From: Gemmatimonadota bacterium
Lineage (GTDB): Bacteria; Gemmatimonadota; Gemmatimonadetes; Gemmatimonadales; GWC2-71-9
NCBI GenBank assembly: GCA_049323575.1
Contig: JBMOPM010000200.1
Coordinates: 1 to 41,195 of the forward strand
DNA length: 41,195 bases
Reading direction: 5' to 3'
The translations under genes were made by a program, and so were the position numbers. Position 1 is the first letter of the stretch; every line of letters starts with the position of its first letter. Positions 27,565-36,269 of this stretch are shown in pieces. The notes below the pieces were generated by a model. That model did no database searches and was not told the DNA's origin. It saw only the letters and a list, made by a program, of their open reading frames with translations.

Positions 27565-28250
27565 TCGGGCGTGGTCTCCACGGCGTCGCACATGACGTGC
27601 AACGCGATGTCATGCCCGATCACGTGCCGCTGCCCCTGGGACGCGAGGGTGATGGGCCCGTTGAACGGCTGCCGCTCCACCACCGTGATCGGACTGCCCG
27701 GCGTGAGACCCAGCGTCGCGAGGTAGCGGAGACGGTCAGGCTGGTGGAGGTCGACCCGGCGGATGACGGCATCGGTGCCGGAAGCGATGTCGGCGAGCCG
27801 CGTGTAGACCAGCTCCTCGATGGAGCCGTCGGGGGTGGGGATCGGGTCGCCGTGCGGGTCGAAGCGGGGGTTGCCCAGCGCGTGCGCCATGCGATCCACC
27901 AGCGTGTCCGACACGGCGTGTTCGAGCCGCTCGGCTTCGTCGTGCACGTCGTCCCAGGAATAGCCCAGGAACGCCACGAGGTAGGTCTCGATCACCCGGT
28001 GGCGCCGCAGCATGCGCAGCGCGATCCGCCGTCCCTCCGCCGTGAGCACCACGCCCTTGTAAGGCTCATGCTCCAGCAGCCCCTGCTCGGACAGGCGCTT
28101 CACCATGCCGCTCACCGACGGAGCGGACAGCTCGAGATGCTCGGCGATGCGGCTCGTGGTGGCCGCCTGCCCATCGAGCGACAGGTGGTAGATCGCCTTG
28201 AGGTAGTCCTCGACCGAGCGGGTCAGATATTCCGGCGGCGAGACGACCAT
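27561..28250 (-). CDS. mntR: DtxR/MntR family metal-dependent repressor with C-terminal FeoA-like domain
   Basis: [44 protein letters not shown]. Confidence 0.9.
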   Translation of the reverse strand: MVVSPPEYLTRSVEDYLKAIYHLSLDGQAATTSRIAEHLELSAPSVSGMVKRLSEQGLLEHEPYKGVVLTAEGRRIALRMLRRHRVIETYLVAFLGYSWDDVHDEAERLEHAVSDTLVDRMAHALGNPRFDPHGDPIPTPDGSIEELVYTRLADIASGTDAVIRRVDLHQPDRLRYLATLGLTPGSPITVVERQPFNGPITLASQGQRHVIGHDIALHVMCDAVETTPE

Positions 28251-28264
28251 CGGGGGCCTCGGGT

Positions 28265-28280
28265 TTTAGGACGGCCTAAA
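28265..28280. promoter_or_regulatory. DtxR/MntR(SirR)-type operator
   Basis: Palindrome TTTAGG-ACGG-CCTAAA 14 bp upstream of the regulator; minus-strand TTGACA at 28302-28307 next to a further TTAGGC half-site. Confidence 0.78.
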
Positions 28281-28342
28281 CATCAAATACCCGTGGCCTA
28301 ATGTCAAGATTCCCGAGGGCTAATCGGAAGGCACAGCCGCCC

Positions 28343-28933
28343 CTACCGCGGTTCCCGGATCGCTTCGATGACCGGAGTCAGAATCCGCTCCGTCATGCCC
28401 CAGAGCATGCCCTCGGGCAGGCGGTAGCCGGGCAGCGTCACGGGCGCGCCGCGATGGGTGAACGAGACCGGCTGGCGCACGTCGGGCGCGAGGAGGAGGT
28501 CCAGATCGGTCCAGAACGCGGCGGCCACTTCGTCGCTGGTGGTGAGCGGGTGCCGTTCCGGCACCTGGAACGCGAACGGCCGCACGACAAGCGGCGGGAG
28601 CACGGGATTGTACGGAGCGAGGTCGTCGAGGCGGCCGAGGAGGGTGGCGCCGGTGAGATCGAGGCCCACCTCTTCGAGGGTCTCCCGCACGGCGGTGGCG
28701 AGGAGGTCGGGGTCGCGCGGGTCCTTGCGGCCGCCCGGCAGGGCGATGTGCCCGGACCAAGGGTCACCCTCGCGCTCGACCCGGCGGATGAGCAGCACCG
28801 AGTCCGGCTCGGGAGCGAGCACCACCGCCACGGCGGCGCGGATCAGCGACGGATCGGACTCTTCGCGGGGAATCCGGGCGGCGAGCCAGTGCGCCACCCG
28901 GGACAGGCGGCTCAGTGGGAGTGGCCGTGACAC
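28343..28933 (-). CDS. NUDIX CoA pyrophosphatase (NudL/PCD1-like); start uncertain
   Basis: AAVAVVL, DPWSGHIALPGGR, TAVRETLEEVG, LWGMTERIL. Confidence 0.87.
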   Translation of the reverse strand: MSRPLPLSRLSRVAHWLAARIPREESDPSLIRAAVAVVLAPEPDSVLLIRRVEREGDPWSGHIALPGGRKDPRDPDLLATAVRETLEEVGLDLTGATLLGRLDDLAPYNPVLPPLVVRPFAFQVPERHPLTTSDEVAAAFWTDLDLLLAPDVRQPVSFTHRGAPVTLPGYRLPEGMLWGMTERILTPVIEAIREPR

Positions 28934-29139
28934 GCGCCGCCGCAGCACCCGCCGGCGGGAGGCCCGAGGCAGCTGAAGTCCTGGGCGCCGCCCGCGCTGC
29001 CGCGATGCGCCGCCGGCGCCGACATGAGACGTTCGACCTTCTCCGACCGGCACGCCGGGCACGCCACGCGGGTTCCGTTGCGCACCAGGGTCTCGAAGAC
29101 CGCGCTGCAATCGCCACAGGCAAATTCGTAGATCGGCAT
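28912..29139 (-). CDS. FmdB-family zinc ribbon protein
   Basis: MPIYEFACGDC..FE...CPACRS..VERLMS with a Cys/His-rich tail. Confidence 0.88.
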   Translation of the reverse strand: MPIYEFACGDCSAVFETLVRNGTRVACPACRSEKVERLMSAPAAHRGSAGGAQDFSCLGPPAGGCCGGACHGHSH

Positions 29140-29170
29140 GTCCGGACGATGCGGCGGGAGCCGCGACGGG

Positions 29171-30007
29171 TCAAGTGTACTGCGTGAGCCAACCCACGGT
29201 GGCGTCCATCACCTCGTCGAGCGCGGGAGTCGACCCGGCCCACGGGTGCGCCGCGCCGAAGGTGTGGCCCGCGTTCGGGATCCTGAGCAGCCGGGTCGCG
29301 GGCGCCCCGCTCGCCGCCGCGAGCTCCTCCGCCTCCTGGGGCCGTACCGTCTCGTCCTTCTCCCCGTGTATCACGAGCCACGGCACCCGCACCCGCGCGG
29401 CGGCGGCGAGGATGTCGAGCGATCCCTCGGCGTTGGCTTCGACGTCGTCCACGACGTCGGTGTAGAGCCGGTAGACCTCGCCGGTGCGGGTGTTGCGGAT
29501 GGGCATCCAGCCGTTCTCCCGCCAGCGCGCCAGCGCGGCATCGGAGTGCCGCACCGGATGCGCGATGGCGGACCAGGTGACGAGGCAGCGGACGCGGGCG
29601 TCCCGCGCCGCCTGCAGCACGGCGATGCCGCCGCCGCGCGAGTGCCCGACGAGCCCGACCGCACTGGGGCGCGCCACGCCGAGCGTACCCGCATCGAGTG
29701 CATCGATCACCGTGGCGACGTCCGCAAGCTCGCGGCTGTAGGTGTTGTGTCCGAAGCGCTCGGGCCAGGCCATCTGGCCCGCGTCGTCCACACCGCTCCC
29801 GCTCATGTTGAACGACACGGCGACGAAGCCCGCCCGCGCGAGCCGCTCGGCCAGAACGGGGAACATCCCCCAGTCCTTGAATCCCTTGAAGCCGTGGAGC
29901 ACCAGCACGGCCGGCTGCGGCGTGCCGCGCTGGGACGCGCGCACGTCGATGAGGATGGGGCCGAGGGCGCCGGCGAGCTGGTGCTTGGATAAGGTGGGGG
30001 TTGCCAT
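29171..30007 (-). CDS. alpha/beta hydrolase (dienelactone hydrolase/S9-like)
   Basis: HGFKGFKDWG, GHSRGGG, HGEKDETV, GHTFG. Confidence 0.88.
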   Translation of the reverse strand: MATPTLSKHQLAGALGPILIDVRASQRGTPQPAVLVLHGFKGFKDWGMFPVLAERLARAGFVAVSFNMSGSGVDDAGQMAWPERFGHNTYSRELADVATVIDALDAGTLGVARPSAVGLVGHSRGGGIAVLQAARDARVRCLVTWSAIAHPVRHSDAALARWRENGWMPIRNTRTGEVYRLYTDVVDDVEANAEGSLDILAAAARVRVPWLVIHGEKDETVRPQEAEELAAASGAPATRLLRIPNAGHTFGAAHPWAGSTPALDEVMDATVGWLTQYT

Positions 30008-30113
30008 GTCCGGTGTCGTCTTCCTGCCAGCGGTGGACCGCCAACCGTTGCCAGACCAGGCCATGCCAATGGTCAACGGTGAGGGGACAATGATAACCGA
30101 CAGCTGACAGCGG

Positions 30114-31076
30114 TCACGCCACCGCCGGCTCCAGAATCACCAGTCGCCCTTCCGTCGCGTTCAATTGCACGCGCGCGCCGATCGGCAGCGTCCACTGATC
30201 GTCGATGTGACCCACCGGAATGCCGGACATCACGGGGATACCCAACGGGCCGAAGCAAGTCTGCAGCACCTCGTCGAAGCCCATCGCGCCGTCGGCCATG
30301 TGGCGATTCATCTCGGTGAATCGGCCCACGGCCACACCGGCGAGCCGATCCAGCAGGCCGGCCATGCGGAAGTGAGCGAGCATGCGATCGACCCGGTAGA
30401 GATCCTCGTGCACGTCCTCGAGGAAGAGGATCGCGCCGTCGAACCCGGGCTGGAAGCGGGTGCCGATCAGGCACTGGAGCAGCGAGAGGTTGCCGCCCAC
30501 GAGCGGGCCCTCGGCCACGCCGGGCCGCAAGGCCACCACCCGGCTCTCGCGCGGGACCAGGACGCCCGGTGGCGCTGGCAGCCGCTCGCATTCGCCCGCC
30601 GCGTCCGGCGTCATGAGCACGCGCTCGAAATGACGCCGACTGAACGGCGTCAGCGGCGCCCGCGCCATCGGTCCGTGGAACGCGACGACCCCGGCGGCGC
30701 GCGGAATGGCGTTGACCAGCGCGGTGATGTCGGAGTAGCCGATGACTGCCTTCGGTCGCCGCCGCAGCGCTTCGAAGTCGACGCCCGCGAGAATCCGGGT
30801 GACGCCGTAGCCGCCGCGCAGACACCAGACGGCATCGATGCTGTCATCCCGGAGCGCGGCGTTGAGGTCCGCGAGACGCTGATCGTCCGTGCCCGCGAGA
30901 TAGCCGTGCCGTGCGCCCGCATGCGGCATCAGCACCGGTTCCATGCCCAGCGCGCGGCAGAGCTCCTCGCCGCGCGCGAGATCGTCGTGCTCCAGCAGCG
31001 GTCCCGCCGGCGCCACCAGCGCCACGCGCGCACCGGCGCGCAACTTCGGAGGTCTCGAGAGTGTCGTCGACCCCAT
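30114..31076 (-). CDS. ldcA: LD-carboxypeptidase (peptidase S66)
   Basis: YLAGTDDQR, RGGYG, GYSDIT, FHGPM, GGNLS, FLEDV, PVGH. Confidence 0.92.
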   Translation of the reverse strand: MGSTTLSRPPKLRAGARVALVAPAGPLLEHDDLARGEELCRALGMEPVLMPHAGARHGYLAGTDDQRLADLNAALRDDSIDAVWCLRGGYGVTRILAGVDFEALRRRPKAVIGYSDITALVNAIPRAAGVVAFHGPMARAPLTPFSRRHFERVLMTPDAAGECERLPAPPGVLVPRESRVVALRPGVAEGPLVGGNLSLLQCLIGTRFQPGFDGAILFLEDVHEDLYRVDRMLAHFRMAGLLDRLAGVAVGRFTEMNRHMADGAMGFDEVLQTCFGPLGIPVMSGIPVGHIDDQWTLPIGARVQLNATEGRLVILEPAVA

Positions 31077-31158
31077 TCCCTCGCCTGCCCTCCCGGGTGT
31101 AGTTTTGACGCCCCGTCCCCGCAAGGAGCCCCGCCCAGTGCGTGCATCTACGCCGGCC

Positions 31159-31695
31159 ATGCAGGCGACGGCCCGCAGCCTCACCGAGCTTCGCGACAGC
31201 CTCGTATCCCAGTGGACCACCTGGGTCGAGGAACGCATGGTGGTCGCGCGCACCATCCCCCGCCCCACGGTCGAGCGCGAGTTCCGCCTCATCCTGGACG
31301 TCCTGACGGAGTCGGTCGGCCCGTACCGGCGCGAGATCAAGCCCGTCTGGTTCCACGTGTGCGAGCACTACGGCCGCGTCGCGGCGACACGCGGGCTGGC
31401 GGCGGGCGAGGTCGTGGAGGAACTGCAGCATCTGCGCGAGCTGCTCATCCGCAACCTGGCCCCGGTGGTGCAGCAGCTCCGCGGCCGCCAGGGCCTCGCC
31501 ATCCTGCTCCAGCTCAATCGTACGCTCGACAAGGGGATCGCGGTGGCAGTCGTCGGCTATACCGACGCGCTGGTCGCCACGCTGTTCGTGCAGAGCGGCG
31601 TGCCCGCACCCGACACCGAATATGACGCGGCCGAGGTCGAGCGCCAGCTCGCCAGCCTCGAGGCCGAGCTCGCCAGCGTGACCAAGCGGGGGTAG
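31159..31695 (+). CDS. stand-alone RsbRD_N-like (globin-like helical) protein
   Basis: HYGRVAATRGLAAGEVVEELQHLRELL pattern; no kinase or STAS output domain visible. Confidence 0.55.
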   Translation: MQATARSLTELRDSLVSQWTTWVEERMVVARTIPRPTVEREFRLILDVLTESVGPYRREIKPVWFHVCEHYGRVAATRGLAAGEVVEELQHLRELLIRNLAPVVQQLRGRQGLAILLQLNRTLDKGIAVAVVGYTDALVATLFVQSGVPAPDTEYDAAEVERQLASLEAELASVTKRG

Positions 31696-31709
31696 CGACC
31701 GCCCGCTCG

Positions 31710-32900
31710 TTGCCCGTGCTCACCGAGTGGCTCCTCCCGCTTCCCTGGGCCCTCCCCTGGTTCGGGTGGCGCCGGCTCGCGCGCAAGGAGCCCGATCTCG
31801 CCCGCCACGCGCCGGTGGCCGGCGTCCCGGTGAGCGTCATCATCCCGGCCCGCAACGAAGCCGTCAACATCGAGCGCGTGGTGACCTCCGTGCTCGCGTC
31901 GGCGTACAGACCATTCGAGCTGATCGTGGTGGACGACCGTTCCACCGACGACACGGCCGCACGCGTCGAGGCCATCGCCGCGCGGGATTCCCGGGTACGG
32001 CTCGTCCATGGTGCCGAGGTGCCGGCCGGCTGGTTCGGCAAGCCATGGGCGTGCTGGCAGGGCGCCCGGGCCGCGACCGGCGACCTCCTGGTCTTCACCG
32101 ACGCCGACACCGTTCACCAGCCGGCGCTCCTCGGGCACGCCGTGGCCGCGTTCCGTTCGGAACAGCCCGGGCTCCTCTCGCTCGCCCCCAGGCAGCGCTG
32201 CGAATCCTTCTGGGAGCGGATCGTCCAGCCGCAGTTCCTGTGGCTGCTGGGGTGTCGCTATCACCCGCAACGGGTCAATCGGGCCACGCGCCGGCGTGAC
32301 GTGCTCGCCAACGGCCAGTTCATCCTCCTGGCGCGCGCAACCTACGACGCCATCGGCGGGCACGAGGCGGTGAGGGATCAGGTGGCGGAGGACCTGGCGC
32401 TGGCGCAGCGGATCATGGGCGCGGGGCAGCGGGTCTACTTCGCGTTTGCCGAGACGCTGATCGCGACCCGGATGTACCGGAACCTCGGTGAGCTGATCGA
32501 GGGCTGGTCGAAGAACGTCTACCTCGGCGGCCGGCAGAGCTTCCCGGACGAGCCGGTGCTGCGCGCGCTCGCGCCACTCCTGGAGATCCTCGCGGTGCTG
32601 TTCTGGATCGTCCCGCCCGCGCTCGTGGCGGCCGCGCTGGTCGGACTCGGCGGCTGGTGGCTCATGCCGGCCATCGTTGCCACGGTGATGAGCGTCGCGT
32701 TCTGGGCAGTGATCAATGCCGCGATGGGCGTCCCGCGGCGGTGGGCGCTGCTCTATCCGCTCGGCGCAGGGATGGCGCTCTACATCGTCGTGCGGTCAAT
32801 GGTGCGGGGGCGGCGGAAGGTGGAGTGGAGGGGGAGGATCCACGCTCTCCCCCCTTCGCGCCCCCGGTCCGCCACCGGGTACCCGTCACCCGACGCCTAG
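31710..32900 (+). CDS. GT2 glycosyltransferase (CrtQ/CruC/CruG-like)
   Basis: IIPARNE, VDDRSTD, GWFGKPWA, FTDAD, ANGQFIL, AEDLALA, GWSKN, C-terminal TMs, VEWRGR. Confidence 0.88.
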   Translation: MPVLTEWLLPLPWALPWFGWRRLARKEPDLARHAPVAGVPVSVIIPARNEAVNIERVVTSVLASAYRPFELIVVDDRSTDDTAARVEAIAARDSRVRLVHGAEVPAGWFGKPWACWQGARAATGDLLVFTDADTVHQPALLGHAVAAFRSEQPGLLSLAPRQRCESFWERIVQPQFLWLLGCRYHPQRVNRATRRRDVLANGQFILLARATYDAIGGHEAVRDQVAEDLALAQRIMGAGQRVYFAFAETLIATRMYRNLGELIEGWSKNVYLGGRQSFPDEPVLRALAPLLEILAVLFWIVPPALVAAALVGLGGWWLMPAIVATVMSVAFWAVINAAMGVPRRWALLYPLGAGMALYIVVRSMVRGRRKVEWRGRIHALPPSRPRSATGYPSPDA

Positions 32901-33967
32901 TTCCGCTCCCACGGCCGCGGAAAATCCCACAGCCGCTTCACCACGGTCGGCAGACCGGGGAAGTTGGTCTCGTGGTACGAGGCCTGGCTCGGCAGCGCCG
33001 CCAGCAGGCGGCGATGGGCTTTGGCCAGATTGTGGTAGGGCACCGCGGGCATCAGGTGGTGCAGCGCGTGATAGCGGAGCCCCACCGGGGCCCAGAGCGG
33101 GGCCAGCGTGAACCAGCCGGGCACGTTCACCGAGTCGAGCAGCTGCTCCTCGATCGTCATCTCCTCGCCCTCGTTCTCCCAGTGGTGCGCGCCCAGCGTA
33201 CGAATCTGGTTCACGATGGCGATGGCCACCTGGATGGTCCCCCAGACGATCACCGCGTGCAGGCTGATCACGCCGGTGAAGGCGAGGACGGCGAACGTCC
33301 ACGCCCACACGCAGCAGGCGACCTCCTCGAACAGCCACCACCGGCGCTCGTCCTCCCTGGGCGGGCGGCGCCGGAAGGCCGGGTTGATGGCCAGCGCGGA
33401 CGCGCGCGCCACCAGGAGGTCCCGGAGCTTCGGGCTCAGATACGACAGCGGGAACCCGATCGCGAAGCGGAACCACATCGCGATGGGGAGCAGCGCGGCC
33501 TCGAGGACGAAGACCGCGATCATCCAGCGCGCGCGGTGCGCGAGCGGGATGTACTCCGGATCCTCGATGGTACCGTAGCGGGTCTTGGCGTGATGGAGCT
33601 GGTGCACGCCGTCGTACATCAGCGAGGGCAGCAGCAGCGGCACGCCCACGATGAGGTCCCACCCCAGCCGGAAGCCGGGGATCGCCCCGCCGCGGATGTG
33701 GGTGAGCTCGTGGATGAACAGCGCCGCGCGATAGAGGGCCAGCACGGACATGGTCCACGCCACGGCGAGCGTGAGCGGGTCGCTGGTCCGGACGGCGACG
33801 AACAGCGCGCCGTACCCCAGCCCCGCACTCAGCAGCATATCGGTCCAGTAGATGGCGGGCTTTGCCTCGGTGAGATCCTTCACCAGGGCATGCGTCTCCC
33901 GCACGATGCTGTTGTCGTCACGGCCCGTGCGCGCCGCCGGCCGCTCCGGCATCACCGTTGCCGTCAT
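32897..33967 (-). CDS. membrane fatty acid desaturase family protein
   Basis: Three His boxes HELTH, HQLHH and HALHH, with TM segments. Confidence 0.88.
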   Translation of the reverse strand: MTATVMPERPAARTGRDDNSIVRETHALVKDLTEAKPAIYWTDMLLSAGLGYGALFVAVRTSDPLTLAVAWTMSVLALYRAALFIHELTHIRGGAIPGFRLGWDLIVGVPLLLPSLMYDGVHQLHHAKTRYGTIEDPEYIPLAHRARWMIAVFVLEAALLPIAMWFRFAIGFPLSYLSPKLRDLLVARASALAINPAFRRRPPREDERRWWLFEEVACCVWAWTFAVLAFTGVISLHAVIVWGTIQVAIAIVNQIRTLGAHHWENEGEEMTIEEQLLDSVNVPGWFTLAPLWAPVGLRYHALHHLMPAVPYHNLAKAHRRLLAALPSQASYHETNFPGLPTVVKRLWDFPRPWERN

Positions 33968-34065
33968 GGGATCGGTCCCTTCCCCGTCGTGGTCACTCGC
34001 GATACCCCCGGAACTGCGCAGGCGGCGAATGGCTCGCCGCCTGAGGTTGCATGAACTGCCTGATC

Positions 34066-34094
34066 AGTATGGCCCATCGGCACGGGTGGGGCAA
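34066..34094 (-). promoter_or_regulatory. candidate sigma70 promoter of the desaturase
   Basis: TTGCCC-N17-CATACT about 100 nt upstream of the ATG. Confidence 0.45.
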
Positions 34095-34356
34095 GACGCG
34101 CGTCTTCATGAAGTCTCCTGGGGAAGGTGCCACTCCGCGGCGCCCGACGCGCCGGCGCGGGCCATGGCACGGCGTTCCACCGGGCGTCACGCGGGGGCCG
34201 ACTTCCAACGGGGCTGCGGCTCGGAATGGCTGATGGAGGGGACCCGCTATCCCTCGCGTCCGACGTCGTCGCGCCGAGACCCCGGGCTGCCGTGAGTCAC
34301 GCGCGGGTGATTGGCAGACGTGCGAGCGCGCTCGATCGCGCTCTCGAGGTCTCTCT

Positions 34357-34416
34357 TCCATTCACGACAGGGGCAGTCAAACGCACTCCGCCTTGAGCGC
34401 CGTCCATTCACGACAG
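34357..34416. repeat. 14-bp direct repeat spanning the MarR gene stop
   Basis: TCCATTCACGACAG at 34357-34370 and 34403-34416. Confidence 0.85.
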
Positions 34417-34940
34417 ATGCGTGCGGTCTGTTCGGTGGCGAGCGCTTCTCCCGTCAAGCCGCAGCGTGCGCCGTTCTCCTCGGTCAGGAAGTGGGCGCAC
34501 TGTTGACAGATTCCGAAGGCGCGCTGGCCGTTCATGTGCTGCAGTGCGGACAGGAGGTTGCGCAGCGTGCCCTCGAGCGCTGCGGCCTCGATGGCATGCC
34601 CGCCGAGTGCCTGCTCCACGCGCTCGGCCCAGCTCTCGTTCAAGATGGACTCGCCTGCGGAGGTGAGCCTGAGGTGCACGCGCTTGCCGTGACGGGCGTC
34701 CGGTTCCTTGGTCAGCAGCCCCTTGCGTTCCAGCACGGCGAGTGTCTGCGATACCGTCCCCCGGGTGAGGCCGAAGTACTCGGCAATGGCGATGGGCAGA
34801 TCGCTGTAGTGGTTGGCCCGCGCGAGGTAATGCAGCACCTGGATGTGGATGGGCAATAGCCCGTGCCGGGCCGCGTCATCGCGCACGGACTGCTGGATCA
34901 GCGCACCAAGTCGCTCGAGAAGTAAGGATGCTTGGCTCAC
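34377..34940 (-). CDS. MarR family regulator with a C-terminal four-Cys extension
   Basis: IAEYFGLTRGTVSQTLAVLERKGLL, DARHGKRVHLRLT; CQQC...CGLT...ICRE. Confidence 0.85.
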   Translation of the reverse strand: MSQASLLLERLGALIQQSVRDDAARHGLLPIHIQVLHYLARANHYSDLPIAIAEYFGLTRGTVSQTLAVLERKGLLTKEPDARHGKRVHLRLTSAGESILNESWAERVEQALGGHAIEAAALEGTLRNLLSALQHMNGQRAFGICQQCAHFLTEENGARCGLTGEALATEQTARICREWTALKAECV

Positions 34941-35050
34941 GGCCCCAATGTATCGCCTCGATGCATGTCTTGACAAGGATGATGTAGCGACCCTAAACTC
35001 ACTAGTGTTTCGAGTCAATACATCATCACCAGTTGCCCGAGGAGTCCATC

Positions 35051-35284
35051 ATGACCAGAGCCCTGTTCTTTCACGCCGGCTGCCCGGTGTGCGTGTCCGC
35101 CGAGCAGCAGTTCGTCCATGCGCTCGATCCTGCGCGGTATTCGGTCGAAGTCGTACATCTGGGTGAACACAAAGACCGCATCGCCGAGGCCGAGCGTCTC
35201 GGCGTGACGTCGGTGCCCGCACTGGTCATCGACGGCCAGCCGTTCCACATCAACTTCGGCGCATCGCTGGCCGATCTCAAATAG
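35051..35284 (+). CDS. small thioredoxin/glutaredoxin-like protein
   Basis: FFHAGCPVC (CxxC), GVTSVPALVIDG (cis-Pro); GAGGAG RBS. Confidence 0.85.
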   Translation: MTRALFFHAGCPVCVSAEQQFVHALDPARYSVEVVHLGEHKDRIAEAERLGVTSVPALVIDGQPFHINFGASLADLK

Positions 35285-35294
35285 GGAGGTCACC

Positions 35295-35771
35295 ATGAAA
35301 CGCATGCTGGTGACACTGCCTTTGGTGGCCCTCATTCAACCGGTGGTCGCGGCTGATCCCGAAGTGCCGTACCCGGCTGGCTATCGCGATTGGCACCACG
35401 TCAAGAGCATGGTCATCGAAAGAGGGCATCCGCTGTACGGGTCATTCGGCGGCATCCATCACCTCTATGCCAATCCGAAGGCGATGGAAGGCTACAAGAC
35501 CGGAAAGTTTCCGGACGGCTCGGTCATCGTGTTCGATCTGCTGGAGGCGAAGTCGGCCGACAACGCCGTGACCGAGGGCGGACGCAAGGTTATCGGCGTC
35601 ATGCACAAGGACACCAGGAAGTTCGCCGCCACGGGCGGCTGGGGCTTCGAGGGCTTCGGCGGCGGCGACAAAGCGAACCGCCTCGTCCGTGGCAACGCGG
35701 CCAGCGCCTGCTTTGCCTGCCACGCCCAGCAGAAGGATCACGATTACGTGTTCAGCCGGCTGCGAGACTGA
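35295..35771 (+). CDS. cytochrome P460 family protein, probably cytochrome c'-beta type
   Basis: Signal peptide, YPAGYRDW, HLYAN, FPDGSVIVFD, GGWGF, C-terminal CFACH, DYVF. Confidence 0.85.
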   Translation: MKRMLVTLPLVALIQPVVAADPEVPYPAGYRDWHHVKSMVIERGHPLYGSFGGIHHLYANPKAMEGYKTGKFPDGSVIVFDLLEAKSADNAVTEGGRKVIGVMHKDTRKFAATGGWGFEGFGGGDKANRLVRGNAASACFACHAQQKDHDYVFSRLRD

Positions 35772-35780
35772 GGAGGTGAG

Positions 35781-36217
35781 ATGAGCGAGCCGAACGCGTG
35801 CACCGTGAATACGCCAGCGCAGGTGTGGCCGTCATCGACTTGCATACGATCTCCGAGCATCACGCGGCGATGGCCCCCGTGGCGCTTGAAGCCTCTTTGC
35901 ATGAGTATCGCGTGGCCCATCCGGTGGGCGTGGATCGTGCCATGGCGGGCGATCCGATTCCGGTGACCATGCGCCGCTACGGGATGCAGGGCACACCCGC
36001 GCTGGTGCTGATCGACCGCGCGGGGCGCTTGCGCCTGCACCAATTCGGCCGGATCGACGATCTGAGCCCGGGCGTGATGATCGGGCGCCTGATGCCGGAA
36101 GACATGGCCGCTGCGACGGATGCGCCTGTCAGGGATGAATCCGGTGCACCACACGGGGCTTGCGATGAGCACATGTGTCCGGCGGGAAACGAGGCAGCGG
36201 ACCACCCGGCCACTTGA
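35781..36217 (+). pseudogene. TlpA/redoxin-like gene with a frameshifting 5' deletion
   Basis: Strong RBS and ATG at 35781 are out of frame with the redoxin body (VAVIDLHTISEHH, YGMQGTPALVLIDRAG); no CxxC present. Confidence 0.7.
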
Positions 36218-36269
36218 GAGTCGACGGGGTTGTCACGCGAGCGTTGTGCGCTGGGGTAAGCGCGGACCG

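Noticed and set aside
28251-28342. yybP-ykoY manganese riboswitch before the mnt operon
   Set aside because: The leader is too short, lacks the motif, and is explained by a protein operator.
34095-34350. Cobalamin riboswitch or small ORFs
   Set aside because: GGGAAGG and GCCACT occur in the wrong order and spacing, and the ORFs have no motifs or RBS.
34369-34375. AGGGGCA as a distal att copy of the tRNA-Gln end
   Set aside because: Only 7 bp and in the opposite orientation to the tRNA 3' end; expected by chance.
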